A stretch of 63,917 nucleotides of DNA, counting the filler, from Perkinsus olseni (Eukaryota): assembly GCA_013115125.1 (NCBI GenBank). It is 6 parts of 6 records of this genome, joined end to end, with 100 filler letters (N's around TTAATTAATTAA, not from the genome) between each part and the next. Parts side by side here need not be neighbours in the genome. Positions count along the whole stretch, not along the records: positions 1 to 11,631 come from JABANN010000822.1; positions 11,732 to 23,324 come from JABANN010000823.1; 4 more parts are not named here. One strand, written 5' to 3'. The position numbers were made by a program, and so were the translations under genes. How positions within the stretch are numbered: the stretch's first letter is position 1; each line of letters opens with the position of its first letter. This document shows, piece after piece, positions 1-12,945 of the stretch. Below the pieces are notes generated by a model. That model was given only the letters and a program-made list of their open reading frames with translations, did no database searches and was not told the DNA's origin.

Positions 1-413
1 CAAGACGATTTCGATGTGTTGGTCGTTTATCGTTAGGAAAGTAGTATTGTGTTGAAAATAAGAGGTTGGAGAAGCCTTGTGGGAGAGAGGCCACTCAGCG
101 GGCCCCAGTGCAGCGGGTGGATGCTGCGGAATTTGAGATAGATTACTTCGGCGCGCGGTTTAGGAGAGCGCGAGGATGCAGTTCCGTTGGAGACAGAACG
201 GTACGTCAGGTTTGTAGGTTACGTTTTTCAACATGTTCACGGCTTCCACTGTCAAGCAAGCGGCTGCTCGGGTGAATAAGATGACTCGCATCGGACTGAG
301 GGATATAGTGCCGGATGAGGATGGAATTCCGAAAAACACGGAGAATCGGGTCTTCGTCGGGATGTAAGGTTACGGTGAGCCTGCAGCTGAATACTTAGTC
401 GAACCGATTGTAG

Positions 414-2438
414 GCTACTATCCGTCCGAAAGGCGAAGATGATCCCATTGAGTTGGAAAGGGTTGGGATCCACGGCGAGGAAGAGTGGCAGCAGTAGTGG
501 CACACGTACTGAGAAGAACTACGAGCGTTGCCTTCTCATAGGGTGAGTTTCGGTCCCACTATGGGGTTCGTAGATAGTGACGTAGATGGAAACTGGAGCG
601 GCGGCCATCACGCGTCTCAGGGACATCGCATCCACAAGGTGTTGTGTGATTCTGCTGCACAAACATCAGAGTCGTAATGTGCTCCCCTTGCAGTCCAAGG
701 TAGGGAAGAGTACTGGGGGGCATGCACAGTGGTTGTGGGTACTTCTTTTTTGGAGCGGAGGACTCATGCTCGCGACTGGTGAGGATGAGTCCTCGAAGCT
801 CATTGACAATAGGAAAGCGCATGGACATTGGAGGATGGTCTCCGTAGGTTGTCTTTTTTCCATACTTCTCTTGTTATGCAGATATGCGTTGGAGGTTACG
901 TTGCGGTGACCGAACCACGGTTCGCCGATGCGTTTTTGTCTGGGACGGCTACACCTGTTATTACCACTGATAATTGGCTTCTGCCTGTGAAAGCGAAGCC
1001 GGTGCCGTTGGAGATAAACGAGGTGATACGAAACCTGGGGATCGTCGGTGTTTGCAGTGTGTGTTTGCAGGTACCGGACAACTCGTCCTTCTTTCACTAC
1101 TGCCTGGTGGGATGCAAATTGAGCATGATGCATGGTTGTTGGGGCCAGGCTTGTGGGGGATGGCTGTGTGATGCACAGTGCTTATCAGCGGAAGAAGGAG
1201 GATGTGTCGCAGTGTGTCGGTCGAAAACGCCATCGTAGGGAGGGACGCCGTCGGGGCGTCGGTCATTGTGCTGAAGGAAGTACTACGCTGGTTTTTACAG
1301 TTACGTCGTTAAAAGTGTGGTATACTGCGATGAATTTCCGGATACGGTTCGGTCGTGTGAGCTACGGGGCCAGAGATTGAGTAAACTAATGAGCGGCAAG
1401 GGTTTGTGGCAAGACTCTGCTGCGCCTGCCAGTGGGCCTTTGAGGGAAACGATGAGACGAATAACAGAGGTCGTTAACAGCAGAGGAGGTATTAGTAGCA
1501 CTTGAAAGACGCCCTATGCCTGCGAGGTGCTATGCCTGCCTCTCGTAGGTTGGATTGTAGCGGGGTGGTACAAACCTGGTATGATAAGTGACGAAGGCAC
1601 GGCAGACGCACCACTCTTCAAACTTACTGAGAAGATACATATCTCCAGTATATGGCCTGTCGAGTTCGAAGGACTGGAGGACAAGTTGGCCGCTCTGCAC
1701 GCACAGGCCGAAACTCCTGCCGACATTCCGTGGGAGGTTGACGAGGATCCCGTTTTCCCCGAGGTGGGCTCGCGCGTCGATGGTGCGTATTGGACAGTCT
1801 TTATGTGAGAAGTTTGTGGAAATTAGTGGAATGTATCCATTCTGTGATTACATGTACCGGCGTGCTGTCAGTGGTATATTGCGCTCTCAGGGTGAAAATT
1901 GTGCTTCTGCTGCTGACAAGGATAAGAGAAATACAGGAGGAAGTCAGAGTAAGTCTGAGAAGCTTATTTTTTATCGACTATTGTCGTGCAGGGAACATTG
2001 ATGAGCGTCAGAAATGTGCGACAAAGAAGGCGTTAGTCATCGGGGGAGGAACTACGAGGTCATCGGCTAATGCTAAGAAAACGGCAGCGGCTGGGAAGAA
2101 GCGAAGGTAGCTTGAGATATAGGTCTTAATATATAGGAAATACACACAGTTGTTGGCGTAGTTTTCCTTCAAATCCCTCAAGCAGCTCAAGCAGTAGCAA
2201 TGCTAATGATGACATAGGCTGGAGTATGAGTCGGGCCGAAGCTGAGCAGTGCTCGTCTTCATTTTTGGAAACACTCCTAGGGGTGGACGATTCGACGTGG
2301 AATATGATTCAGGATATTATCAAACGACGAAGGGAGGGTTCAAGCGAGAGCCCGAGGGGTGAGGTTTCATCCTCATAGGATGGAAAGCCTGTCGCAGAGT
2401 CCTTGAGTGACCTTGCTTTGCTTTCAGAGGACGAGTAA
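414..2438 (+). CDS. Multi-exon Cys-rich hypothetical protein, probable accessory gene of the Helitron-like element (5' end uncertain)
   Basis: Phase-consistent GT-AG exons ~414-542, 621-699, 882-1022, 1071-1234, 1301-1488, 1549-1763, 1891-1948 and further exons ending at 2110 or 2438. Product includes ...NYERCLLIG-DIASTRCCVILL..., CGGWLCDAQC...GCVAVC and VNSRG-GWIVAGWYKPG. Confidence 0.6.
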
Positions 2439-2671
2439 CGTTGGATCGAAGAGCAGCAGGATTTCATTTTGTTCATGATAAAGTTTTAAACTATTGTCAC
2501 CCCATTTACGTTGTATAACGGCTGTCGATGATCATAAGCTTTTTTGTGCTGTGCCCGGAGTGTCGTTGTGCTCATTATAAGTTGGGAAGGGATAGACCAT
2601 TAAGTGTTGAAGGTTTCGGGGAGTTGAACTTCCTAAGTTCAACAGGACCCCTCAACCGTCTCGGGTGTTTA

Positions 2672-5600
2672 ATGGCAAGCCGAAGAAGAAGATGCCAGAT
2701 CTGCAAACGGTTCATAACACCGACAGGATCTTGCACGAAGTGCAGGACGAGGGTAAAATGACATCACTAATTTTAGGTGTGAATTAGTTCTGCAGTAGTT
2801 CTGACTGCCTACGCTCCATTATGTACTCAATGGGCGTTGCATTGTAATCGTTTGTTTTTAGACCGCTGGTGAGAGGGCTGACGAGAGGAATGGAGAGGAA
2901 GTTTCGACAAGCGACACGGCGTTTAATCTGCCGCAGAACGACGACTTGGTAGGTGCTTGAGAGTCATACAGAAAGTCGGAGTTGGACAAATCCGCACATT
3001 TGTGAATGGGTAGTGCTAGGTAATGACGGAAGATACGTGTGATCGACAGCAACGCTGCATGTCCTGTTTACGGGAGGGCTATTGGGCATCACCGCTGGAG
3101 TTGATATTGGTATCCACGCAGGGACTGCGAGCTAAGAAATATGGAGCATTACGAAGAACCGATATACAACTGCGACGTCGTGTGCGGGTATGTAGACTGT
3201 GCAAAACATACCTTAGCAGCAGGCAAGCTAAATGGAGCGACTGTTGGCCGTGCGTGCTATCTCATTATGTACAAGGAACTGGAAGCGCTGGGGTAGAGCT
3301 CTGGTCTGTTTTACCGCTAAACATAAGACTTTGGTGGAGACATCTGCGGGAAGTGTACGGAACTGCAGCTCCCGTGGTCGACGTGACAATTCGTATGGAA
3401 AACTTTCATCGCGATGTTGGGTCGAACAGCATAGGATTGTTAATGCGTGGGCTGAACGCTGAGCCCGTGCGTTCGGTTAGATGTCCGTACGGTTGTTGGA
3501 TATTCGTTGATGAAGCTAAGCTTATAAGTTATGCACATATCATTCAAGGTATTGATCCTGAATTCAGAAGTTGTAATGCGAATTTTGACAAATTTTTATC
3601 CCGACGACGAGCGGACTGGCTGAAGGTGATCCGTTTTTTTGAGTGGGAGATTCGGAGTAGCTGTTGCAGGACAGATGCAGAGGGTTTGTCTGTACTGCTT
3701 TGTGAGCGTCACTCCCGAGGTAGTGTCGGCGAGTATGTACATTTGCCGCAGAACCCGATTTCTCACTTTCCTCCAGTTGAAGGTGAGACGCTGGGAGTGG
3801 CTGTGGCAGCGAGCCATGTAGCGAAAGCTGGAAGGGCTACGTATAGTGGTTATACGTACAAGATGTTACAGGCCACCGCAGGGTTTAAGGGTGTGTCTTC
3901 ATTCATGCTGAAGCAGAATGGAGAATGGGACGTTGGCGGGCTTTACAAGTATAAACATGACAATTTGGTATTCTGGGAACGTGAGGATATTCGGGAGTTA
4001 ACACGACAGCGATACCGGCTTGGTGAAGTACCTTTTACGGCGAAGCGAGAGCTAGAAGCTGGTCCACTATACTCCGCAGATTCCCTGTCAGAAAGCCGTG
4101 CTTCAAGCTTATGGGTGCCGTCAGAGCAGGTCGTGCGTTGTGGTGTGACGAATGAGGGGGTGAGGTGTAAAGTGAGTAATGTGATCTTACGAGATGTGCA
4201 AGACGACGCCGATGCGAACGCCGACGATGGTAATGAGAGAGTGACTGAAGTAGTGATACCAGGGGAAATATATAATCTGCGTTCCACAAATCGATGGAAC
4301 GAGTATCCGAAAATAACACCTAAGTGGTGTCGAGGAGGGAGTAGAGCGTTGTGGGCTATCATTATGGTACTTATTAATGCGAATACGGTGTGGCGGCAAG
4401 TTGTCAAGAGGTGTGCAACGGATATCCCGAACTGGAGAACGTACATTGTATGGATAACAGCAGTTAAGGTGCTGGGTGTGAAGAGGAAATCTTATTCGCA
4501 GGGTCTACAACGACGAGTACTGAATCATTTACGCCGCGTGGAAAAAGTGAACCAATTGGTGGATTTATATTGTCGCCCAGTGGGATACATAGGTCCTATT
4601 CCGTTTGAAGCAGCATGCGGTGAGTTTTTCGCAGATGTGCCTGGAATAGATGTTTACCATGTCCGCGAGAGAAACCAAAGAGGATGGAATGAAATCGTAA
4701 ATCGCTCGGTGGAGGCGTCTATCTTGATATTAAGAACGTCGGCTGGCGTTGGATCACGTAGTCGCACCGTCATACCCGACGTAGAGTTCAGCACTGTTGA
4801 CGGGGGCCGGTGGAGCTTGCGCTTTGTATTCGGGAATAGCATGGATATCGTCCGAGCCGGTGAGGCGGCTTGGAGTATCGACCAGAGATGGACAGCTGCT
4901 AAATTTCAACGAGATGGTATACCTACAGAGCATTTGCGGTCCTGGTCAATACTAGTGTACATTAAGACTAACGGATGCTGCGAGTCAGACGCGAAGAAAA
5001 AAATGTTGTCATTCATTGGTGGGCAAGGAACAGTACAGTGTGAAATATGCGAGCGTTACTTGATTCGCGAGGTTCACGGGACTTGTCAGAAGTGCAGTGT
5101 GTCGGGTTGCAAGAGGAGAATGTACTTCTCATGTCCAACCGACGGCTGTGTATGCGGCATTTGTCGTGAGCATGCGAGAGAATTTTTCTCATCGCCGGAG
5201 ACGCAGGTAAGCCTCCGACCGCAAGCCGCAGAGAGTGGAGTGACACGCAGTAGGCAGCTATCACCAGAGAGTTCGTCCGATGATGAGTGTATTTCGCGAT
5301 GGAACGGAGTCCAAGAGATGGGACCTACACAAGTGACAGGAAAAGACGTCGTGGGTGGTCATGTGATCATAAATGGTCTTCTACATTCTTTGAGACGCGG
5401 GAACCACACCATGCCTCTGAACACGGCTGAACAGCGATTCTTGCAGCAGATGGTTAGTCGGAGTCCAAATATCATGTTGAGTCTGGAGCTACCGGAAGCA
5501 ACCCTCTTTCCAACGCTGTTTTTTCAAGGAACGAATGACAACGGAGTTGAAGGAGCTTTACCGTTGAGTGCATTTGGACAGAAAGATTCATGCGAGTCAG

Positions 5601-8600
5601 TCGGATTGGCATCAGCTACTGATCAATTACTAACACGCCTAGCGGATGGGAGTTTGCAAACTAGTCGGAGCCTTGACTACCTGAGCTACGTGTTTGGAAT
5701 TTTGTTCAACAAAAGACTGGCTCACACAGATTCCAGAGTAGTTATGCGGCGGGGTTATTACTCCCTGACTCGCGGCGCTACTGCCATCGACCGTGACGAA
5801 TGCCCTTTACCCTTCGAGGAACTGGATAGCAGACAGCAGGTACGGAGGCTTGCTGCAAGCTTGAAGGCTGATCCAACGTGTACAAAAATGTTCCTCACTC
5901 TGACATGTAACCAACAGAAGCATTTTGGTATCGCACCGTTACGGAGAGCTATAACTGATCACGTTGCGCACCTATCGCCTTCCGAAAGCACAGCTGTTCA
6001 AGAAGGCACTATGGTCGACATATGCTTAGCTTGGAGTAGGGTGTTGAAATACTTTGTTCGGTATATCTCGAGATCAGAGGAGTTGCTGGGACCAGTGAAA
6101 GCTGTGTTCGCGCGTGTGGAGTTTCAAGTAGGTTGGGAGTGAAAATGCGTAGGTGAAAGGTGCTATCGATGGATATCGGTGCGTTACATCGTGTTTTTGA
6201 GTAGTGAGCAGAAATTATGATGGACTTTGGTGCATTAGGTTTGGTGAGTTTAGTATTTATTTGAGTTTTGCAAGACGCTGAGGCACAATGGCGGTGAATG
6301 CATAATGGTGATATTTTGTTCAGACACGTATAATGAGAGACGTATACTTGAGCATTTACATTTTCTCAGGACGCCGCAGGGAATTTGCCACATCTGCACT
6401 TGTTAGCAAAGCTAGACGACAGTGTTACCGACGCCGAAGCACGAGCACGGATAGAATGTGCCGAGAGCCGTATACATGATATCGGAGGTGGATTAACGGT
6501 CAGCGCAGAGGACAGTGAACGGTTGGTGGAAGAAGGACTAATAGAGAGAGTGAATGACTGGATGACGTATTATACGGATTTCGAGAAAATACAAAGCCAC
6601 AGTTGTGAACGTGCGGATTTTCGTTGCCATAAACGGAGAAAAGTAGTTGTCGATGAGGAAAATAATGAAGAGAGGATTGTTAGCGAGTGCCGGGTGCCGC
6701 ATTATCGCCCGGCATACAACGATTCGTTCGACGTCATGAATGCCCCTCACTCCGCAGAGGCTTTGCAATTATTGCTGAGACTTGGACTAGGGCGAAGATT
6801 GGCAGGAACTGGCGAGATCGTAGTTGGAGAAGAGTTGATTGCTGGTCGACATCAGTATTCGAGTGATTTAGGGACGCATATATCACCAACTATACCGCGG
6901 TTATTTTTAAGTACACGTTCATCATCTAATACTCAAGTTTGCGATAAATACTTTAATTCGAGATACCTGAGCAAGTATTTGTGCGGAGCAGAAGAGCGGG
7001 CGTCAGCTGACTTGCGAGTAACCTGTGATGGGTCGTTGAGGGTTGATGTGGATCGAATTCGAAATCGTAAATTAGGAGTTGATCACATGCGTGAGAGCCG
7101 GTTGGGGAGGAAACGATACAGAGAGGAATATAGATTAGTGGCTTCACCAGAATCATGCTGGTGGGTGTATGACCTCCCGTATATCCTATCGGATGAAGAG
7201 TTTTTAACGTGTCCGACGCGTCCACTGTCGCAACGTAGTGGAAGACTGCGGAATGGACGACCTGGAGGTTCGTCAGATAATGTGGATGGGGTAGATCATC
7301 GCCATACTATTGAAGGGCTGACTGACGACAGGAAATACACGGAGAACCAGCGCTTGATATACAGGAGTGTCATGCTCTCAGAATGTACTGTCGATAATCT
7401 TGTGGCTTTCGAGCTGCGTCCGCCAGAGCTAAGATTCGTTGATAATCCGATCCGGTTTTTGGAAAATTTCACGTGGCGAAAATCTCACAATGGGCAGCAA
7501 GGAATCTCAGAGGATTTGAAGGCATCGCCATGGACGGACTGTTTGAATCGACAGTGGCGAGTTCGAAAATCAGCCGTGAAAGGCATCCAATTATGTGCCA
7601 TTGAAAGTGACGACTCATTGGGCTATGACGTTTACCGGTCAATTCTGGAACACCTCGACAGTGTGGAAGTTGAGAGGGAGTTGTACGAAAGGTTTGTCGA
7701 TGATTCGGCAAGTGGGAGTAAACGATGCATAGTGGTTACGTCCTTGCCAAGACCGTCAAATGTACTGGGGTTCTTGGTGCATATCCTACTCTCTCGTGGT
7801 CGTTTCACGACCGAATTGGATCTTTATGCCGCAGGATCTATGACGGAAGCTTTTCGTATCGCTGGTTTAATCCCTCGAGATAGAAACGTTGAGCCTGAAG
7901 ATGTTGATGCACTCCTGCAGGCTTATGTTGTCGATGAGCTTGTATTCAACCCTGTGGGTGGGACTAAAGGGTTTGACAATTGCTTAGTGGTAGCGGATAA
8001 AGTACTCCGGGGTTTATTGCTTGAAGGATGCATCGCGTATGAAGAGCTCCCCATTGCGGAGGAAGAAGAGCTGATAATTGATGGAATGGCCGATGCGCGT
8101 GAAGTTCATGAAGCAGGCCGAGAACGCATCATACAGTGCATGACAGGCGAGCTGGGAGATGCAGTTCCGACCGCAGAACAGCTCCGTGGCGCTACGTTAA
8201 GCAATCCGTTGACATGGAAGCCTAAGTTGAGGGCGACAGCTGAGCAGACAGCTGCGTCTAGAGTTGAACAACAGGAGATTTTAGACAACATTATTGAGCG
8301 ATGCAACTGCTGGTTACGCGGTGGCCACACTCCACTGATTTTAATCGAAGGAATGCCAGGGTGTGGCAAAAGCCACCTGGCAAAATTCTTGGCTGTGTAT
8401 ATGCTCAGTCGGGGGATGTCATTGATAATGACAGCGCTGGCGTCGGAACGGGCCATGTCCCTAGGAGGATGCCATATACATCATGAATTTGGTCTACCAG
8501 TTAGTAATGAGTGGGACCAGAGTACTTCTGAACAACACGCTTTCAATGCATATAGGAAACTGGCGTCGAGGCCAGCACAGTTACACCGTTTGCAACGAGC

Positions 8601-10267
8601 CCATGCATTGATTATTGATGAGATATTCACACTTAATGCGAAAACGTATCATACGATCGACATTTTGCTAAGGAGAATTCGCGGAAACGCTGCTCCGTGT
8701 GGAGGGCTTCTGCTGGTTGCGACAGGAGACTATCGTCAACTGCCTCCTGTATCTGGTAGGTTGAGTTGCCGTTTGCATTGGAGATCGTAATTCTTATGGG
8801 CGCCGCTGCGTGAATGAGCGACGGTCATTCATTGAGCGTCGTATGAGGGGGAGCGATTGTAGGGGCAGTGCGAGTTCGGTGCTCTCAGGTACACGTCTGA
8901 CTGTGGACCCATGCCTGATGACGAACTTCGTAGTATATCACCTACAGAACTTAGTTCGAGCAGCTGCCGACGGGCCGTTGCAACGTGTGTTGACGTTAAT
9001 GGGAAAGCCTGTGCTGAGTGAGGCAGAAATTGATGAAATATGCGGCATACTGAGCGAGAATTGCAGGTGGGTGGATGGATGGGAGATGGTACCACGGGAA
9101 TGCGTAAAAGTATTTGGGAAGCGCCTTGCGGAAGAGGAAGCAACAAGGAGAGAAATAGAAGGATTAATCAGGGGTGGTGCGCAGTCTGTAGTTTTTGAAG
9201 CGCGGGATGAAGCAACGGATGACGATGGGGGTCGGTGGAGGGTTGCAATGGAACAGGAAAGAAATATACTTGATCGACGGACACGACAAGTCAGGAAACT
9301 GCAGGTTATTGAAGGCTGTGTCATGCGATTGACGACCGTGGACAGCCGCCGGCGATGGGGCCAAGGGCAGATCTGTATCGTTGAGAGCATTAATGTTGGA
9401 GAAAAAACCGTGCGGGTCCGTGTCGCACCGCCGTCAAGTAACACGCAAGTGCTGGCAGCACAAGCGTGGCCGCAGGTTGAGGTCAGATATGCAACGAGTC
9501 ACACAGTACGAGGTGGACATAAGACGCACTGCAGACGTGTACAGCTTCCACTGCGTATGAGCAGTTGTACAACGGTGCATAAGTTACTCGGAGAAACCGT
9601 GACATCGTTGTGCAGTAGAATATCCGCAGTAGAAGGAAGATACAAACTATGGCAAAGACAACAACTATATGTGGTGCTGTCAAGGGTCCGGCATTTGCGA
9701 GACCTGTACCTTGTGGGTGATCGACGCGATACTCTATGTGCTGTACGAACGCTATGTCTGAAAATAGATGAATGGAGTGTGTATGAACATAACCTTATGC
9801 AGAAACTGGGGAAGCGGTCGTGTACTATACAACAGAGTCAGATGGATTTTCCTATCCGATCATCAGACAGGGAGCTTCCCGCGCGTGATAATGGAGTGGT
9901 GTATCTGTTAATGAGTAGTACAACAAGGCAGACGTACATCGGTACGTGTTGCGACCTGAATGAACGGGTGAAACAGCACAATTCCGGCCACGGCGCAGGA
10001 TATACGAAGCCACTTAGCCGGCGGCCCTGGGAAGTTATTGCTTACATAACATTCGTTACCGGGTCCGAGAGAGAGAATCGAAGCCATCGGTACGGTGTAG
10101 AATTACGTTGTCAACATCGCGCGTACGGACGCGACGCATGTCGGCAAAGCATAACAACCGTGGACGAAGCCCTGTCTGCTATGAGCGATATAGTTGAAAG
10201 AGAAGAAAACTGTAGGCTTATAATCTGCGGAGAGAAAATGAATGGTAAGGGGAATACATGCAGATAG
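2672..10267 (+). CDS. Helitron/Helentron-like RepHel transposase (Zn fingers + HUH Y2 Rep + PIF1-like SF1B helicase) with C-terminal GIY-YIG endonuclease, ~2346 aa spliced
   Basis: Exons 2672-2752, 2862-2948, 3020-6127, 6370-8755 and 8889-10267 join in frame; 3 of 4 donors are GTAGGT. Rep motifs: MFLTLTCN, ARVEFQ|DAAGNLPHLHLL, YLSKY. Helicase motifs: GMPGCGKS, IIDEI, GDYRQLPPV, TVHKLLGET, QLYVVLSRV. GIY-YIG: GVVYLL...TYIG...ERVKQHNSG.GA.YT...RPW. Confidence 0.9.
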
Positions 10268-11631
10268 TCCGACCACGAATAGTGGAGGAGTATTGGTGCC
10301 ACCAATTTGGTGGTTTCGGGAAAACGCGTAGGCTACCCGTAACAACTGAAGCAATGTGAAAAGGCGTATGGGCAAGCAGACACAGAGTGAATAACGCTCG
10401 AAAATGAGACCCATTGAATGGGTCGTGTAGTAGGATGAGAGTTCAGTTGAACCTGCAGCACGCAAGGCATTGAGAGGACCCGTGCCAAAAAAAGAAAGTC
10501 GAAGTGAAAGGCGTTAACTGAGAATGACACTTTGCAGGATGTGACTGTGAACGACAATTGACGGCAAAGCAGGGTAGTAGATGGACATGTCGTGTGAAGT
10601 TGATGTTTTAGGGAGTGCTTGAGCGCATGGAGGCAGAAGAATATGAGAAGTGTAGTGAGTAAGGTGTTCCGTTGATGCACATTAGGAGAGGAACGATAGA
10701 AACTGAGGATAAAAGTAAGATCACTTGCGAGTTGGAACTCGGGAACGAGTAAGCGGAGAATGAGACTGAGTCCATAGGTAAGACGCACGATAGCCTACCG
10801 TCGGTAGGAGAGCTGCTAGATGGAGGATGGCATGACTTTAACGAGTCGTAGAGGTTGTGCGCACGTGGGAAGACTGTAGTGTTAGTGGAAGAAGGAAGGG
10901 AAGAGAGGCTTAGGGGTAGAGGACGAAGAACAGAACGCCGTTGCTGTATAGACATACGATGTGGCCCATAGGACGGAGTATCCCTGAAGGCAAGGGTGCC
11001 ATAAGCGTCGTGCACTGCATGTATAGCGCCGAGGAGGTACAGAGTTGCGAAAACGGTTGAGCTTCAGTTTTGCGTGAGTCATTGAGGCATTGAAAGTTGG
11101 GAGGTAAACCGCGTGCAGTTAGCGGGAAAGGCCTTGACGGACGCGGTAGTACTATACCGTTGATGAGTTGCAGGAGGTGAGACGTGAGACGGAGTTGGTG
11201 ACGTGGAGAAAGTGGGAACGAAAGAGACAGAAGTGAGCGGAGCGAAGCACGTTGCAAAACAGACCCGGGGGGATATGGTGAACGACGACGGGGTAGGAGG
11301 TTATCCCGAAACGTATATGCAGAGTATGCCAAACATAGGAGTGGCTTGTGGAGGAAAGAACGAAATCGTATGGGCCGAAAGAAACTTAGCCTTCGTTTGG
11401 CGCGGTCTGGTACCTGAGAGGGGGAATGGGGATGATAGCGCTCGCCCGGAGATGGGGCCCTCCCCACATCGGCTCGCACGGATCGTTGATCCCACAAGGG
11501 AAGTTGCACCTAGCGGTGCGCTGCCTGATCGGTGCACTTCGTTGGCACCATGCTAGTCCGATTTGGGGGCCCGTGTTTGTTGGTACTTCTCTTGTCGCAA
11601 CTGCGTTGCATGCTACCGACTTGCTTCCGTG

Positions 11632-11731
11632 NNNNNNNNNNNNNNNNNNNNNNNNNNNNNNNNNNNNNNNNNNNNTTAATTAATTAANNNNNNNNNNNNN
11701 NNNNNNNNNNNNNNNNNNNNNNNNNNNNNNN
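11632..11731. other. Artificial scaffold linker (N + TTAATTAATTAA + N)
   Basis: 100-nt six-frame-stop linker; the same linker occurs at 23324-23423, 35012-35111, 46681-46780 and 58317-58416. Confidence 0.98.
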
Positions 11732-12854
11732 GTCATCTCCCGGCTGACGAGAGCTATTGGCGGGGGGCTCTGAAGACAAAGATGAGGATAGGTCCGAAGC
11801 CAATTCGGATGGAGGCAAGCTACGAGAGAGACTCTGTGATCGACCATCGAATTACGTCCATCATTTTGTAAGATGAGTGAGTTTTAGGGCTTGCCCGCAA
11901 TCGAATAGCTTCAGAGCAGCAGTACGGTGGATTGACGAATCTCTGTGTTGCCCTTACGGGACACTTAAGTGAATGACGACATACTTGTTTATGCTTTGCG
12001 AGTTCATGCATGCATACCATTTGCTGACACCTGAGAATGAAGATATCAGTGATCCCATCGCTTTGTTGAATATAAGCACATTCTCAAGCGAGGCTCCATG
12101 TGTTCTCGTAAGTTGATCTTGTGAATGGCTGGAGAGGGGTGTAGTTGACTTATTATCATGCCTTCCACCAAGAGGGGGAAGAAACCTACAAGTTGGCACG
12201 CGTCTAAGCCGATACTCGCGTCAGAAGCCAGAACCTCAGTAAATCTCTGCGGCATTTTTGTCCGGGAACTTCCCGGCGGGAAGTGAGCCGAGCGGGCCGG
12301 CCTGACAGTCAGGCTTCTTCAGGGCACGGGACATTGAATTTTGAACTTTCACGATTCCAATTTGCAATCGCTGTTCGCTCTGCTTAACCTTCGACCGAAT
12401 GACAGCTCTGGTTGAAGCCTTTTTTCTTTCGCAGGCAAACCCCAATATCTTTCATTCCGTGGCGGCCCCGGACCTTGGATACGAGTGAAATGTACGAGTA
12501 TGGACTATCTCTCTCTACTCGTGAATCATCTCTCATTGCAATTCACCTACCTCACGAAGAGCCATAGCACTTGTTTGGACTGGCGTGTGTTGAGCCTTCC
12601 TTTCAGTCGGTGGAGCGAGTCTGTTTGCCGAGGTCCGACCCCCCAACCTGACAGTCCCGCTGAACCCTGAACCGACCTAGTAAAACGGTTGCTTCGGTAA
12701 CGGGAAACGAAGGCCACCGGAGACCTATTTTTACTTCAGATTGCGTATATCCGTAACAGACATCCCATTGTTGTCTGCATTACAATCATGGATCATGAGT
12801 CTCGTTGAGTAGTCAATTCCGCTAAGTGGGATTGATCAGTCGGTCAAAGCTAAA

Positions 12855-12945
12855 TATCCTGGTATACCAGGATACCAGGTATATCAGGATATCAGGATAC
12901 TAGGATACCAGAATACTGTCAGGATAGGATCAGGATACTGATAGT
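12855..12945. repeat. 20-bp perfect palindrome followed by short CAGGATA-like tandem repeats
   Basis: TATCCTGGTATACCAGGATA at 12855-12874, then repeated (T/C)CAGGATA(C/T) units. Confidence 0.7.

Larger units (their letters stand above)
1..11631 (+). mobile_element. Autonomous Helitron-like rolling-circle transposon (termini not defined; may span the whole scaffold)
   Basis: Contains an intact RepHel gene plus an upstream co-oriented gene; no host housekeeping gene recognised on this scaffold. Confidence 0.7.

Noticed and set aside
3023-10267. Three separate genes or a frameshifted pseudogene
   Set aside because: Canonical phase-matched introns join them into one ORF and restore split motifs.
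10333-11556. ORFs downstream of RepHel on both strands
   Set aside because: Overlapping low-complexity ORFs without recognisable motifs or a consistent splice model.
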